DNA of 64,000 nucleotides, taken from NCBI GenBank assembly GCA_016211945.1, contig JACRHV010000006.1, positions 146,093 to 210,092 of the forward strand. Reading direction: 5' to 3'. The notes below the pieces were generated by a model. That model saw only the letters and a program-made list of their open reading frames with translations, was not told where the DNA came from and searched no databases. The position numbers and the translations under genes are program-made. Of this stretch, positions 47,566 to 57,321 are shown piece after piece. Numbering within the stretch: position 1 is the stretch's first letter; every line of letters starts with the position of its first letter. Source of the DNA: Minisyncoccota bacterium. GTDB taxonomy: Bacteria; Patescibacteriota; Microgenomatia; UBA1400; UBA12028.

Positions 47566-49788
47566 ATGGCCCTGCCAAACGTTTTTGGTACAAAAAAATC
47601 GTCTGATCTCAAGCGTATGCTCGCGCTTGATATCGGATATGAAGTTGTGACTGCAGCGGTGTGGGAACTTCAGGATGGTCACGCAAAAGTCATCAAAACG
47701 AGCAGTCCCATAGAGTGGCACGAGGAGCGTGTTGAGGAGCTTACCGAAGCATCTGATGTTGCGTTTGAGGAACTCGGCAAGGAGTCGGTGGAGATTGACG
47801 AGGTACTACTTGGGTTACAGGAGGAGTGGGTCGAGGGAGCGCACATCAAAGAAGACCGTAAAAAATATTTACGTGGACTTAAAGATCAACTCGCGCTCAA
47901 ACCCATAGGATTTGTGGTGACGCATGAAGCACTTTCTACCTATCTCCAGGAACTAGAGGGTGGTCCGGTCAATGCACTGCTTGTTGAGTACACCACCGCA
48001 GTTATCGCGGTGTGTATAGTTCGGGCAAAAACGAAAACACCGGTTGTTGTGGTTGGTAGGAGTGGTGAGAGTATCGCAGATCTCTCCGAGGCGCTGACGA
48101 GGATAAAAGAAAATCAATATCCCGCGCGTATTATTGTCTATAGTGCGCGAATGAAACAGGAGGAGTTGGATAAAGAGAAACAAACTCTTCTTGCGCATGA
48201 TTGGCAGAAAGTCTTTCCATTTCAACACATACCAAAAGTTGAGACATTGCCCCATAACGTTGTGATCTCTGCTGTGTGTTTGGCGGGCGGAGGAGGAACA
48301 TCACAGATGGCAGAAGCGACACAAGGAGAGACACAACCACTTTTCGTGGATCAAGAAGTACATCAAAATGTGCAAGATGTATCAACTGATTTTGGATTCC
48401 AAGAGGTACAGATGGACAATCTAAAATCAGAGCAGATCGGAATGCAAACAGAGACAGAGCAAGAAGAGATGAACAGAGATGAGGAAGAGTCTGTCGTGTC
48501 TCCTTCAAGAAAACAATTTTCATTTTCGCCCATGCCGTTTTTTCATGCACTCAAAACTCCAGTACAAAAAATGTGGAACAGTCTCTCCGCCGGACAAACA
48601 TTAAGTGCGAAGTTTCATTCGGATGTGCGTGGGACAAAAACATTGCGCATTTTGAGTGTTTGTGTTGTTGTCGCACTTCTTGGCGGAACGGTGTTTGGGT
48701 GGTGGTATCTTTCCACAACAATGACAGCACAGGTCATCCTTTCACTCAAAACACAGCCATTTGCACAGGACGTGGAGATCACGCTCGATTCATCATTGAA
48801 GCAGAGTGATCCGGAAGGCGGAATATTGAAGGTAGATCGGGTGGAAAAAGAGGTAGAGGGCGAAAGAGAAACAAATACAACAGGAATAAAGATTGTTGGC
48901 GATCGGGCAAAAGGCAAAGTGACGCTGTTCAACGCGACAAGTGGAGAAAAAACATTTCCAGCGGGGACGATACTCCAAGGTCCAAATAATCTAAAGTTCA
49001 CATTAGATGAAAAGGTTGTTGTTGCGAGCAGCGGTGGCTCGGCACAGAGTCTTCAACCTGGAACAGCATCCGCAAACGCAACTGCCTCAAACATTGGGAC
49101 AGAGTCAAATGTTTCGGAGAAAACCGAGTTTCTCATTGCGAATTTTGATAAGAAATCGTATGTTGCAGTGAGTGATGGGGCGTTTACTGGCGGCTCAAGC
49201 CGTGAAATTCAAGCTGTTGCAAAAGAAGATCAAGCAAAACTTGAACAACTTCTGATGAAAGATTTGCAAAAGCGGGCTATTGATGCACTCCAGCAAGAAC
49301 AGAAAGACGGGACAAAGATTATTCCTATTGGTGATGTCGCGGTAAAAACAAAAATCTTTGATGCTAAGGTTGGCGAGGAAGCGAAACTTGTCAATCTCAA
49401 GTTGACGGTGACCGCGCATGCGTTGCGGTATACCACGGCAGACCTCCTTCCAGTCGCACAGTATATGTTGCGGTCGTCACTCCCCTCAACAATGGTACTC
49501 AGAGAAGAAAAAACACAGATTGATCCACAAGAAATTCAAGATACAACAGAAACAAGTGTGAAGCTAAAGGCTACGCTGTCATCTGAGGGAATTCCGACCG
49601 TTGATCGATCAGCAATTGTTCAATCTATCCAAGGAAAAACAACAGCACAGGCAACCTCGATCTTGAAAGAACGGTCAGAAATCGGAGAATCTGTAATTCG
49701 TATAACTCCTTCTTTTGCGGGTCTCCTTTTTGGATCACTTCCAGAATCAGCAGCAAATATTCAAATACAGACAAAGGTGGGGTTATGA
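47566..49788 (+). CDS. Large protein with an N-terminal actin-like ATPase (FtsA/PilM-like) domain, an acidic linker, one TM, and a ~380-aa extracytoplasmic region
   Basis: N-terminus 'LALDIGYEVVTAAVWELQDG' (ASKHA phosphate-1 type), then low-complexity, then TM 'ILSVCVVVALLGGTVFGWWYL', then a Ser/Thr-rich beta-like region. The stop overlaps the sortase start. Confidence 0.6.
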   Translation: MALPNVFGTKKSSDLKRMLALDIGYEVVTAAVWELQDGHAKVIKTSSPIEWHEERVEELTEASDVAFEELGKESVEIDEVLLGLQEEWVEGAHIKEDRKKYLRGLKDQLALKPIGFVVTHEALSTYLQELEGGPVNALLVEYTTAVIAVCIVRAKTKTPVVVVGRSGESIADLSEALTRIKENQYPARIIVYSARMKQEELDKEKQTLLAHDWQKVFPFQHIPKVETLPHNVVISAVCLAGGGGTSQMAEATQGETQPLFVDQEVHQNVQDVSTDFGFQEVQMDNLKSEQIGMQTETEQEEMNRDEEESVVSPSRKQFSFSPMPFFHALKTPVQKMWNSLSAGQTLSAKFHSDVRGTKTLRILSVCVVVALLGGTVFGWWYLSTTMTAQVILSLKTQPFAQDVEITLDSSLKQSDPEGGILKVDRVEKEVEGERETNTTGIKIVGDRAKGKVTLFNATSGEKTFPAGTILQGPNNLKFTLDEKVVVASSGGSAQSLQPGTASANATASNIGTESNVSEKTEFLIANFDKKSYVAVSDGAFTGGSSREIQAVAKEDQAKLEQLLMKDLQKRAIDALQQEQKDGTKIIPIGDVAVKTKIFDAKVGEEAKLVNLKLTVTAHALRYTTADLLPVAQYMLRSSLPSTMVLREEKTQIDPQEIQDTTETSVKLKATLSSEGIPTVDRSAIVQSIQGKTTAQATSILKERSEIGESVIRITPSFAGLLFGSLPESAANIQIQTKVGL

Positions 49789-50600
49789 GTGTGGTTTACA
49801 CAAAAGCGAAACCGGCGTATGTACCGCCACATCAAACCCGGGTGCAAAAAACACACATCCACCGGTTTGTGAATATACTCCCCGCAGTCCTCGTGACATT
49901 CGGTAGTGTACTCATTGCAAACGTGCTATGGCCTATTCTTTCTTTTCAGATCTTTACCTCACCGCTTCTCCAGACACCCACTTTTGTTGCTCCTGTTGCG
50001 GAAGAGCAGATGGTGCAGTACCAGCCTGCAGTGTTGCCGGTGAAAGCGGCAGAGGAGACACAAAATCTTCCAACTCCCACACCGACGATCTTGGATGGCG
50101 AACTGGATTACACGAACCTCGCGCTTTGGTTTCCGTCACAGCATTTGCAGGATTTTAAAGAGCAGGAAGCAAAAAGTTACTCTCTCACTATCCCTGAACT
50201 TGATATAGAAAATGCGGTAGTAAAAATCGGTGGTTTGAATCTTGATAAAAACCTCATCCAATACCCTGGAACGGCAAATCCCGGTGAACTCGGTTCGCCT
50301 ATTATTTTTGGCCATTCAGTTTCACCGCTGTTTTATAATCCATCAATAAACAATTCAAAACGTTACACATCAATCTTTACGAAAATTATGACCTTGAAAA
50401 AAGATGATAAAATCATCGTCAATTACGATGGTATTACCTATACCTATCGTGTAACAAATAAAATCGAGGTAAAGCCGGACGATACCTATATCCTTGAACA
50501 ACGGTATGACGTGCGGGAACTCAAACTCGTGACATGCACACCGCCGGGAACCTATCTGCGTCGGGGTATTGTATTTGCACAGCTGGAAGATTTTGAATGA
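49785..50600 (+). CDS. Sortase family transpeptidase
   Basis: N-terminal TM anchor, 'IIFGHS' (catalytic His), 'LKLVTCTPPG' (TLxTC active-site Cys), and a downstream Arg. Confidence 0.75.
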   Translation: MSVVYTKAKPAYVPPHQTRVQKTHIHRFVNILPAVLVTFGSVLIANVLWPILSFQIFTSPLLQTPTFVAPVAEEQMVQYQPAVLPVKAAEETQNLPTPTPTILDGELDYTNLALWFPSQHLQDFKEQEAKSYSLTIPELDIENAVVKIGGLNLDKNLIQYPGTANPGELGSPIIFGHSVSPLFYNPSINNSKRYTSIFTKIMTLKKDDKIIVNYDGITYTYRVTNKIEVKPDDTYILEQRYDVRELKLVTCTPPGTYLRRGIVFAQLEDFE

Positions 50601-50989
50601 AATATCTTGCAATTGACTATGGAACAAAACGGGTTGGTGTTGCGGTAAGCCGCGCTTGGCTGGCGGAACCGTTGGCGGTTTTTCCTCGTGACAGAGCGAT
50701 TGAAAAAATTACGTCTTACATTCATGAAGAACGCCCTCATGCTGTATTAATTGGTATTGCAGATGGCCCAATAGCAGAGGAGGCACGTCTTTTTGCACAG
50801 GAACTCCAGAAAAAAATCGGTGATATAAAAATTATTGAAGCTGATGAAACATTGAGTAGTGTTGAGACGCATACGAAGTTAGCAACAAGCGGAATGTCTC
50901 GCTCAAAAAGACAAGGGGACATAGATCATTATGCCGCCGCCGCTTTTCTTCAAGATTACCTTGATATGCATAAGGAAGATGGTGAATAA
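50597..50989 (+). CDS. ruvX: Holliday-junction resolvase-like YqgF/RuvX
   Basis: 'YLAIDYGTKRVGVAVS' and an RNase H-like fold. Confidence 0.85.
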   Translation: MKYLAIDYGTKRVGVAVSRAWLAEPLAVFPRDRAIEKITSYIHEERPHAVLIGIADGPIAEEARLFAQELQKKIGDIKIIEADETLSSVETHTKLATSGMSRSKRQGDIDHYAAAAFLQDYLDMHKEDGE

Positions 50990-51869
50990 GACGCGCGCAA
51001 TGGTCATGCTCATGATAAGTGCGTTATGCTACGCGCTGTTGAATGTCGTCGCAAGACTTCTCAACCTAGGTTTTGAGCCGATGACACAAACATATCTTCG
51101 CATTTTTCTTGGCGCGGTTGTTGTAGGCATGATTTTTTCAAGAAAAATTCGGTGGAGCAGACTCTCTCATATTCCAAAGCAAGATTGGATATACCTCACT
51201 ATTATTGGTGTCTTGGGATATGGACTCATGGTGTACTTTATCTCAATGGGTGCGATTCGAGCGAAATTGCTGAATGTTGCGGTTGTCTATGCAACGATTA
51301 CGATGTTCACATATCTTTACTCGCTCATCTTTTTTAGAAAGAAGTTCCGATGGTCAATCATGATCATATTATTCATCTCATTGTTCGGCGTTGCGGTGCT
51401 TGCGAGTAAATCATATATACCGCAACTTGACCATTTTGGGATAGGAGAACTTTTTGTTCTCATTTCTGCCGCAATGGGAGCTTGGTATGCGGTTGCAAGA
51501 AAAAAACTTTCCACATATCTGAACAATGCAGAGATCTCGTTTATTGTCATGAGTATTGCCAGTATTGCTACTTTTCTTCTTGCTCTGATTTCAGGTGAAT
51601 CATTTTCGTTTTCATCGTTTTCTATCCCAGGAGTGTTTATAGGGCTGTTACTAGGAGCAACGCTCAACATCATATCTACCTATGCGGAAAACTATGCATT
51701 CCAACATATTGATGCGGTTGTGGGGAATCAAATGCTCTTGTCAGAGAATATTTTTGCATTGGTATTAGGATTGACGTTATATAAAGAAGTTGTGACTCCG
51801 CCGGAATTGGTGGGAGCAGTGATTATTGTCGGATCGGTATATGTGATGAATAGGATGGAAAAGGGGTAA
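50979..51869 (+). CDS. EamA/DMT family transporter
   Basis: Ten predicted TM helices in two EamA repeats. Confidence 0.75.
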   Translation: MVNKTRAMVMLMISALCYALLNVVARLLNLGFEPMTQTYLRIFLGAVVVGMIFSRKIRWSRLSHIPKQDWIYLTIIGVLGYGLMVYFISMGAIRAKLLNVAVVYATITMFTYLYSLIFFRKKFRWSIMIILFISLFGVAVLASKSYIPQLDHFGIGELFVLISAAMGAWYAVARKKLSTYLNNAEISFIVMSIASIATFLLALISGESFSFSSFSIPGVFIGLLLGATLNIISTYAENYAFQHIDAVVGNQMLLSENIFALVLGLTLYKEVVTPPELVGAVIIVGSVYVMNRMEKG

Positions 51870-51917
51870 GTGTTCGGATTCATTCTAGAATGTACTCCAG
51901 TGATACAATAGAAATGA

Positions 51918-52871
51918 ATGAAATTCAAGAAAATTCTTGTTATTGGAATTGATAAAGCGCAACTCGATGCATGGTCTTGGGATGATATAGATTCGCTTAC
52001 TGAGAAACGCATTTGTCTCCCCGCAGATAGTTCAGAAATAGATTCAGAACTCAAAGATGCAGATTGTTTATTAGTTTACTTTAATAAAGCAGATAAAAAG
52101 ATGATAGATAAAGCATCTACTCTCAAGTATATCGGTGCTTTAGCCACTGGAGTTGGGAAAATTGATATTTCCTACGCCACAAAAAAAGGAATAATTGTTA
52201 CGAATGTTCCCGGATACAGTACAGAATCTGTTGCAGAGTTTGTTCTTGCAATACTTCTAGAAAATCTTCGAGAAATTTCCCGAGCGAAAGGAGAATCGAA
52301 AAAAGGTAATCGTTCTGAATTAGGATTTTCATCTAGAGAAATTAAAGGAAAGAAATTTGGGATTATTGGTTTAGGGAGTATAGGATTGAGGACCGCTCAG
52401 TTAGCACAGGCTTTTGGAGCACATGTTTTCTATTGGTCTAGAAGGAGGAAGAAAGATGTTGAAAAGAAGGGCATTGTGTTTTCGCAACTGAAAGATCTAT
52501 TAAAAACATCTGATATATTATCTTTTCATCTTTCATTAAATCCGGAAACAAAAAACATTATGGATAAAGAAAATATCGAACAAATCAAAACAGGGTCGAT
52601 TGTTATAAACACCGCACCAATGGAGTTATTTAATGGTGCATCACTTGAAAAAAGAATACGTGGAGGAGATATTACCTTTATATTTGATCACACAGATATT
52701 GGTGATATATCAGAAGAAAATTTGAAACGATTCCAGAAATATAAAAACTGTATAACATATCCTGCTATTGGATATATATCAAATGAGGCGAGAATTGCAA
52801 AACAAAAAATATTTATACTAAATATGAAAAAATTTCTTCATGGTACACCAATCAATAGAGTGGTTGCATAG
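51918..52871 (+). CDS. D-isomer-specific 2-hydroxyacid dehydrogenase family
   Basis: NAD-binding 'GIIGLGSIGLRTAQLA' (GxGxxG), with catalytic-domain His/Glu/Arg positions retained. Confidence 0.85.
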   Translation: MKFKKILVIGIDKAQLDAWSWDDIDSLTEKRICLPADSSEIDSELKDADCLLVYFNKADKKMIDKASTLKYIGALATGVGKIDISYATKKGIIVTNVPGYSTESVAEFVLAILLENLREISRAKGESKKGNRSELGFSSREIKGKKFGIIGLGSIGLRTAQLAQAFGAHVFYWSRRRKKDVEKKGIVFSQLKDLLKTSDILSFHLSLNPETKNIMDKENIEQIKTGSIVINTAPMELFNGASLEKRIRGGDITFIFDHTDIGDISEENLKRFQKYKNCITYPAIGYISNEARIAKQKIFILNMKKFLHGTPINRVVA

Positions 52872-52899
52872 TCTTTTAATGAGGAAGAGTGTAGTACTT

Positions 52900-53217
52900 T
52901 TATCTGCACCGAAAAACATCCGCCAAAGCAGTTGCGTATATTACGTGGGCATCCATCTCAATGTCATCACCAGAGTGTAATGCTTGGTGTGTATACACCC
53001 AATCAAGTTGGCTGAAAATATGCTGGTTTCCAATAATGATATATGGATCAATAGAGGTAATATCAATGCCAAGTTTTTCTTGTTCTCGTTGAATTGCTTG
53101 GCACACAATCTTGTTATTCCCTCTGCCCTCACTAAACGCAAGAATAAGAATTTTTGCGATGTCTTTTTCGTGAGCTTGAACTTCTTGTCGTTGTCGATCC
53201 CAGTGTTCTTGCATCAT
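52900..53217 (-). CDS. Hypothetical protein (start trimmed to avoid a tRNA overlap)
   Basis: The ORF continues from an in-frame start inside the tRNA-Arg gene, so I used an internal Met. No motif. Confidence 0.3.
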   Translation of the reverse strand: MMQEHWDRQRQEVQAHEKDIAKILILAFSEGRGNNKIVCQAIQREQEKLGIDITSIDPYIIIGNQHIFSQLDWVYTHQALHSGDDIEMDAHVIYATALADVFRCR

Positions 53218-53253
53218 AGCGTTTATGGTTAAGAAAATGAATGTCGAGCTTTG

Positions 53254-53325
53254 TGCTCCCAAGTGGAATTGAACCACTATCTCAAGGTTCGGAACCTCAC
53301 GGTCTATCCATTAGCCTATGGGAGC
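53254..53325 (-). tRNA. tRNA-Arg (anticodon CCG)
   Basis: Reverse complement GCTCCCA...TGGGAGC-A, anticodon loop TTCCGAA, T-arm AGTGG-TTCAATT-CCACT. 72 nt. Confidence 0.75.
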
Positions 53326-53349
53326 AGGGTAAAGTTCTAGGCTATTGTA

Positions 53350-54345
53350 TCATCTGTGTTTTGCAAAAAATCTTGCGGCTATGTAGGTAGAAAGGGGGAT
53401 GGAAAGGACTAAACCAATAGAACCTGTCAGTGTACGCACAATCTCTTCCGCGATCATTTGGTCGTTCAGCACAACCCAGAGCGGTTGCGTGCTTTGAATG
53501 AAAAGCAAAAACAACGGTAAGCTTGATCCTGCATACGCCAACACCAACGTATTTACCAAGGTAGAAACGTGGTTTTTCCCTACCTCCATACCGCGTTTGT
53601 ATAACTCACGAAATGACATGGTCGGATTCGTGTGATGCAGTTCTTCCACTACGGAAACTTGTGACACTACACTATCGTCCAACACACTCAATGTTGCGAG
53701 CATAATGCCACCAAGCAAAAGTCCCTGAAGATTGAGTGAAATGGTACTACTGAACTGAAGATACATTACCTCCTCATTTCCAAATCCTGTGAGTTGCGCC
53801 AGTTTTACTACAAAGAACGAAAGGCCAGACACAAACAGAAGTGTGGTCGACATACAAAAAAAGATTATGCGAGATGTTGCAGAATATCCATGTGAAAGAA
53901 GGACGGTTACCACACTAATAGTAAGCGAAGTAATAAGGCTGATGATAAGTGGATTTGAGCCATGCAGAATCTGTGGAACAGTGAAAGAAAAAAGAAGTGT
54001 TATAGTAATTGCCAAACTAACAAGTGAGGAGACCCCTTTTTTCTGCGTGAACAGAAGAACAATGAAGACGAACGCAATAAAAAGGCCAGCAAGTGCAGGA
54101 AGACGATATGTATCCACAATTGCATATGAGTCATTCGTTTTTGCGAGCACAACACGTTGTCCTACACGATATCGTTGTTCTGCTTGAAGTGGTTGTTCCT
54201 CACTGCCCACAATAATCATTTTTCGAGAAGACTCTTGTGAAACTTCAAGAGCAAGCTCCTGGATGTATCCCACCGCGTTATTTTGTGTGATTGTTGTTTC
54301 CTTATTTAGGGAACGAATGGTGCCGATGACAAAAGTGGGAATCAT
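53350..54345 (-). CDS. YibE/F family membrane protein
   Basis: An N-terminal extracytoplasmic segment followed by multiple TM helices, in the pattern typical of YibE/F. Confidence 0.65.
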   Translation of the reverse strand: MIPTFVIGTIRSLNKETTITQNNAVGYIQELALEVSQESSRKMIIVGSEEQPLQAEQRYRVGQRVVLAKTNDSYAIVDTYRLPALAGLFIAFVFIVLLFTQKKGVSSLVSLAITITLLFSFTVPQILHGSNPLIISLITSLTISVVTVLLSHGYSATSRIIFFCMSTTLLFVSGLSFFVVKLAQLTGFGNEEVMYLQFSSTISLNLQGLLLGGIMLATLSVLDDSVVSQVSVVEELHHTNPTMSFRELYKRGMEVGKNHVSTLVNTLVLAYAGSSLPLFLLFIQSTQPLWVVLNDQMIAEEIVRTLTGSIGLVLSIPLSTYIAARFFAKHR

Positions 54346-54369
54346 AGGGAATAGCGTATCATATTGCCT

Positions 54370-55137
54370 TTATTGAGGTCTGCAAACACAAATCATATTG
54401 TTCGCTTCTCTCAAATGGAATATGGTATTGATCCATGTTTTAACTCTATACATGTTTGGGAAGGCGGTGAGATATTTCACATGTTCCACAAAAAATCCTG
54501 CATGACGCAACTCGAAAAGAACGAGTTTTGGAGAATACACACGCACATGTGCATTCGGGTTTTGCGGATACATATATTCAAGTCCTTCATTGAGTGGGAC
54601 ACTGATAATAAATCGGCCGTTTGGTTTTATCACTCTTCGTATCTCTTGCAATACGTGAAATGTATGGTGAGGACTTACGTGTTCAAGCACCTCTAAGAGA
54701 AAAATAGTATCAAATGTTTTATCTAAAAAAGGTAATTTTTCCAACGCAGTTTGAATAAACGACCATCGTGGAAATTGATGACGAAGTGAGTTGAGCGATT
54801 GTGTAGTAATATCGGTTCCAGTCCATTGGACCTTATTTCCTAAAGATTGATGCACCATATTTTCTACCATTCCTCCTCCGGATCCCAAGTTCAACACTTT
54901 TGTATTTTTCTGAACAAATGTTGAGACAAACCTATTTCGATCAATCTCCATATGATGAACACTCTCACCATGTTCTTTCGTAAATCTTGTATCCCAAAAT
55001 AATCCTGTGTTGTTATTTGGAATGGCAGGAAAACGTGACGAATATGTTTGCAGGAGTTTTTTATACGAATGCTTTTGAAGTAAAGAGTTCCGTAGTCTCT
55101 CGGTATCAAATCCGGCATGTTTTTTTGATGATGACAT
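54370..55137 (-). CDS. Class I SAM-dependent methyltransferase
   Basis: Motif I 'VLNLGSGGG' and 'IKPNGRFIISVP'. The start was set at an internal Met to avoid a 53-nt overlap with the upstream gene. Confidence 0.75.
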   Translation of the reverse strand: MSSSKKHAGFDTERLRNSLLQKHSYKKLLQTYSSRFPAIPNNNTGLFWDTRFTKEHGESVHHMEIDRNRFVSTFVQKNTKVLNLGSGGGMVENMVHQSLGNKVQWTGTDITTQSLNSLRHQFPRWSFIQTALEKLPFLDKTFDTIFLLEVLEHVSPHHTFHVLQEIRRVIKPNGRFIISVPLNEGLEYMYPQNPNAHVRVYSPKLVLFELRHAGFFVEHVKYLTAFPNMYRVKTWINTIFHLREANNMICVCRPQ

Positions 55138-55141
55138 GGTG

Positions 55142-55888
55142 TTAATCCGCGACAACATAGCGGAATCGTTCATACCGCTTTCCGCTATCATCAAGTTTTG
55201 TGAAGAAATCTGTAGAATCTTGCGCTTTTTTCTGCGGGTACTGTGACTGATGTGCAGCTATCGCCTTGGTTCGCGTCTCAGCAAACGCAGTCATATCAAT
55301 ATGCACGGTGTCTTTATGGTCGTAATAATCAACGAGCAAGAACTCTGAAACTGCATGCGACTCTGTTTTGGGGTCTTGAAAATGTTCTGGAAAGAATAAA
55401 AGGTCTCTGCTATATGGATATGCCGCATCAATCGCCGTTTTTCCTGTGTTACGATGATCGCGGTGATTCACCCAGTTCACATCTTGGTCGAATCGGATAA
55501 TCATATCTTCTGGATTATGAGTGATGATAAGTTCAGGTTGAAAAATACGAATCTGTTTGGCAACGAGTCCAATCGTTGGAATATCATTTTCCACACTTCC
55601 GTCGCCAATCTTAAGACACGCAGTATATTCTTTGGAGACACCAAGAACCTCCATGGCTTTTGCATCCTCGCGTTCGCGCAACTCTCCCAACTCCTGTTCA
55701 CTGATTTTTTCTTGTCGCGATCCTTTATTTCCCACAGTCATTTTGACTACCATTACCTTTTTGTTATCATGCCTCAGCCGAGCTATCGTTCCACCGCAAT
55801 AAATCTCAGCATCATCAGGATGTGCCATCACCACAAGAATGCGTTGTTTCTCACTGAAAATTCTTGTGTATTCATCGGTGTGTGTCAT
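55142..55888 (-). CDS. PIG-L/LmbE family deacetylase (second copy)
   Basis: 'MAHPDDAE' motif and 'HRDHRN'. Confidence 0.8.
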   Translation of the reverse strand: MTHTDEYTRIFSEKQRILVVMAHPDDAEIYCGGTIARLRHDNKKVMVVKMTVGNKGSRQEKISEQELGELREREDAKAMEVLGVSKEYTACLKIGDGSVENDIPTIGLVAKQIRIFQPELIITHNPEDMIIRFDQDVNWVNHRDHRNTGKTAIDAAYPYSRDLLFFPEHFQDPKTESHAVSEFLLVDYYDHKDTVHIDMTAFAETRTKAIAAHQSQYPQKKAQDSTDFFTKLDDSGKRYERFRYVVAD

Positions 55889-56481
55889 GGTGTTCCTTTC
55901 TCCAAAAATGGCTGAATCTTTTCTGCAAATCGTGGATCAAAATTTTCTTCTTTGTGTTGTACGATCCAATGTTTGACCGCGTGAAATATTTTTGTCTCCT
56001 TGCCTTCCAGTGCGAGTATACCAAACATTTCTTCCATCGCAGAAGCGACTTGCGCATGTTGTTCAAGGAGATACGGCTGCATTGCTAAAAGGGCGGTGCG
56101 ATAGAACGCGGGGACAATCGCAATAGCGAGTTGAACGGGATCCTGCATGTTTTTGATGAACTGAAACTTGTCAAAAAGAGCAAGTATTTTTTCTGTAGAA
56201 TCGGCATCAAAAGACGAGAGTTCATTTATTGAAGGGAGTTTTTTCCCGTTAAGAATCTCACTCAAATGATTCGCATTTTTGAGGTACGGAGAAAATGGTG
56301 TGAGGGTGTGATCAGAGGAGTATTGGTTAAAAAGATTGATTGCTGATTGAAGCTCATCCAAAAGCGTGGGTAAAAGACTTTCATCCTTGTCATAGACGAG
56401 AAAAGCAGATCGGCAGAGCGGGAATTGTTCCGCGTGCGTTCTGAGTTGGTGAAGGTAAAAATCTAAAAACGGTTGCATCAC
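55885..56481 (-). CDS. Hypothetical protein (198 aa)
   Basis: Intact ORF translationally coupled to the PIG-L gene. No motif. Confidence 0.4.
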   Translation of the reverse strand: MMQPFLDFYLHQLRTHAEQFPLCRSAFLVYDKDESLLPTLLDELQSAINLFNQYSSDHTLTPFSPYLKNANHLSEILNGKKLPSINELSSFDADSTEKILALFDKFQFIKNMQDPVQLAIAIVPAFYRTALLAMQPYLLEQHAQVASAMEEMFGILALEGKETKIFHAVKHWIVQHKEENFDPRFAEKIQPFLEKGTP

Positions 56482-56541
56482 CCCAGTATACCAGAGGTGT
56501 GATATAATTCCCCCATATGATATTCACGATGGAGCTCCGCC

Positions 56542-57321
56542 ATGTACAAGTTACGGCGGGCGCTCTTCTCCCAGAATTTTCTGCATAACCACAAGCTGGT
56601 TTCTTCCCTTGTTGGACGTTCTTCTGTTGGCAAACATGATCTGGTTCTCGAGATTGGGTCAGGCAAGGGAATAATCACCTTCGAGTTAGCCCAGCGGGTT
56701 GGGCATGTGATCGCGGTGGAGATAGATGCACATTGGTATCAGTATCTCCAGGAGAAATTAGAAAATCTGTCAAACGTTACGGTCTATAGGCAGGATTTTC
56801 TCGAGTTTACGCTTCCGCGTTTACCATATAAAGTGTTTGCAAACATTCCGTTTGCGATCGAGGGGAAGGTGGTTCGAAAATTGTTAGAAGACGCTAACCC
56901 GCCGTATGATTGCTATCTCGTGGTGATGAAGGAGTTGGCGCAGCGGTTTTGCATGGGCCACACCATGTTTTCTGCGATGCACAGTCCATGGTTTGATTTT
57001 TCGATCGCGCATTATTTTGATCGGTGCGATTTTACTCCCATGCCGAACGTTGATGCGGTACTTCTGCGTATTGTTCAAAAAAGTATGCTGCTTTTGCCAT
57101 GGCAAGAAAGAAAACGATATATGCGATTCATTCAAACAGCGTTTTGTGACGGGCAAGCAGTGCGGCATAACCTCAAAAGGATAGTTTCACTGGAAAAGAT
57201 CGATCATGCGCTCCATTCTATGTCGCTGAGGAGAAATATACGGCCAGCGGACTTAACGCAGGAGCAATGGAGAAGATTATACGAAGCACTTTATGATTTT
57301 TCCGGTCGTTCAACTGACTGA
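56542..57321 (+). CDS. rRNA adenine N6-methyltransferase family (Erm/KsgA); Erm-like by motif
   Basis: 'SQNFLHN', 'EIGSGKGIIT', 'YKVFANIPF'. The last motif is closer to ErmC 'YKIFGNIPY' than to KsgA 'VANLPYNIST'. Confidence 0.7.
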   Translation: MYKLRRALFSQNFLHNHKLVSSLVGRSSVGKHDLVLEIGSGKGIITFELAQRVGHVIAVEIDAHWYQYLQEKLENLSNVTVYRQDFLEFTLPRLPYKVFANIPFAIEGKVVRKLLEDANPPYDCYLVVMKELAQRFCMGHTMFSAMHSPWFDFSIAHYFDRCDFTPMPNVDAVLLRIVQKSMLLLPWQERKRYMRFIQTAFCDGQAVRHNLKRIVSLEKIDHALHSMSLRRNIRPADLTQEQWRRLYEALYDFSGRSTD

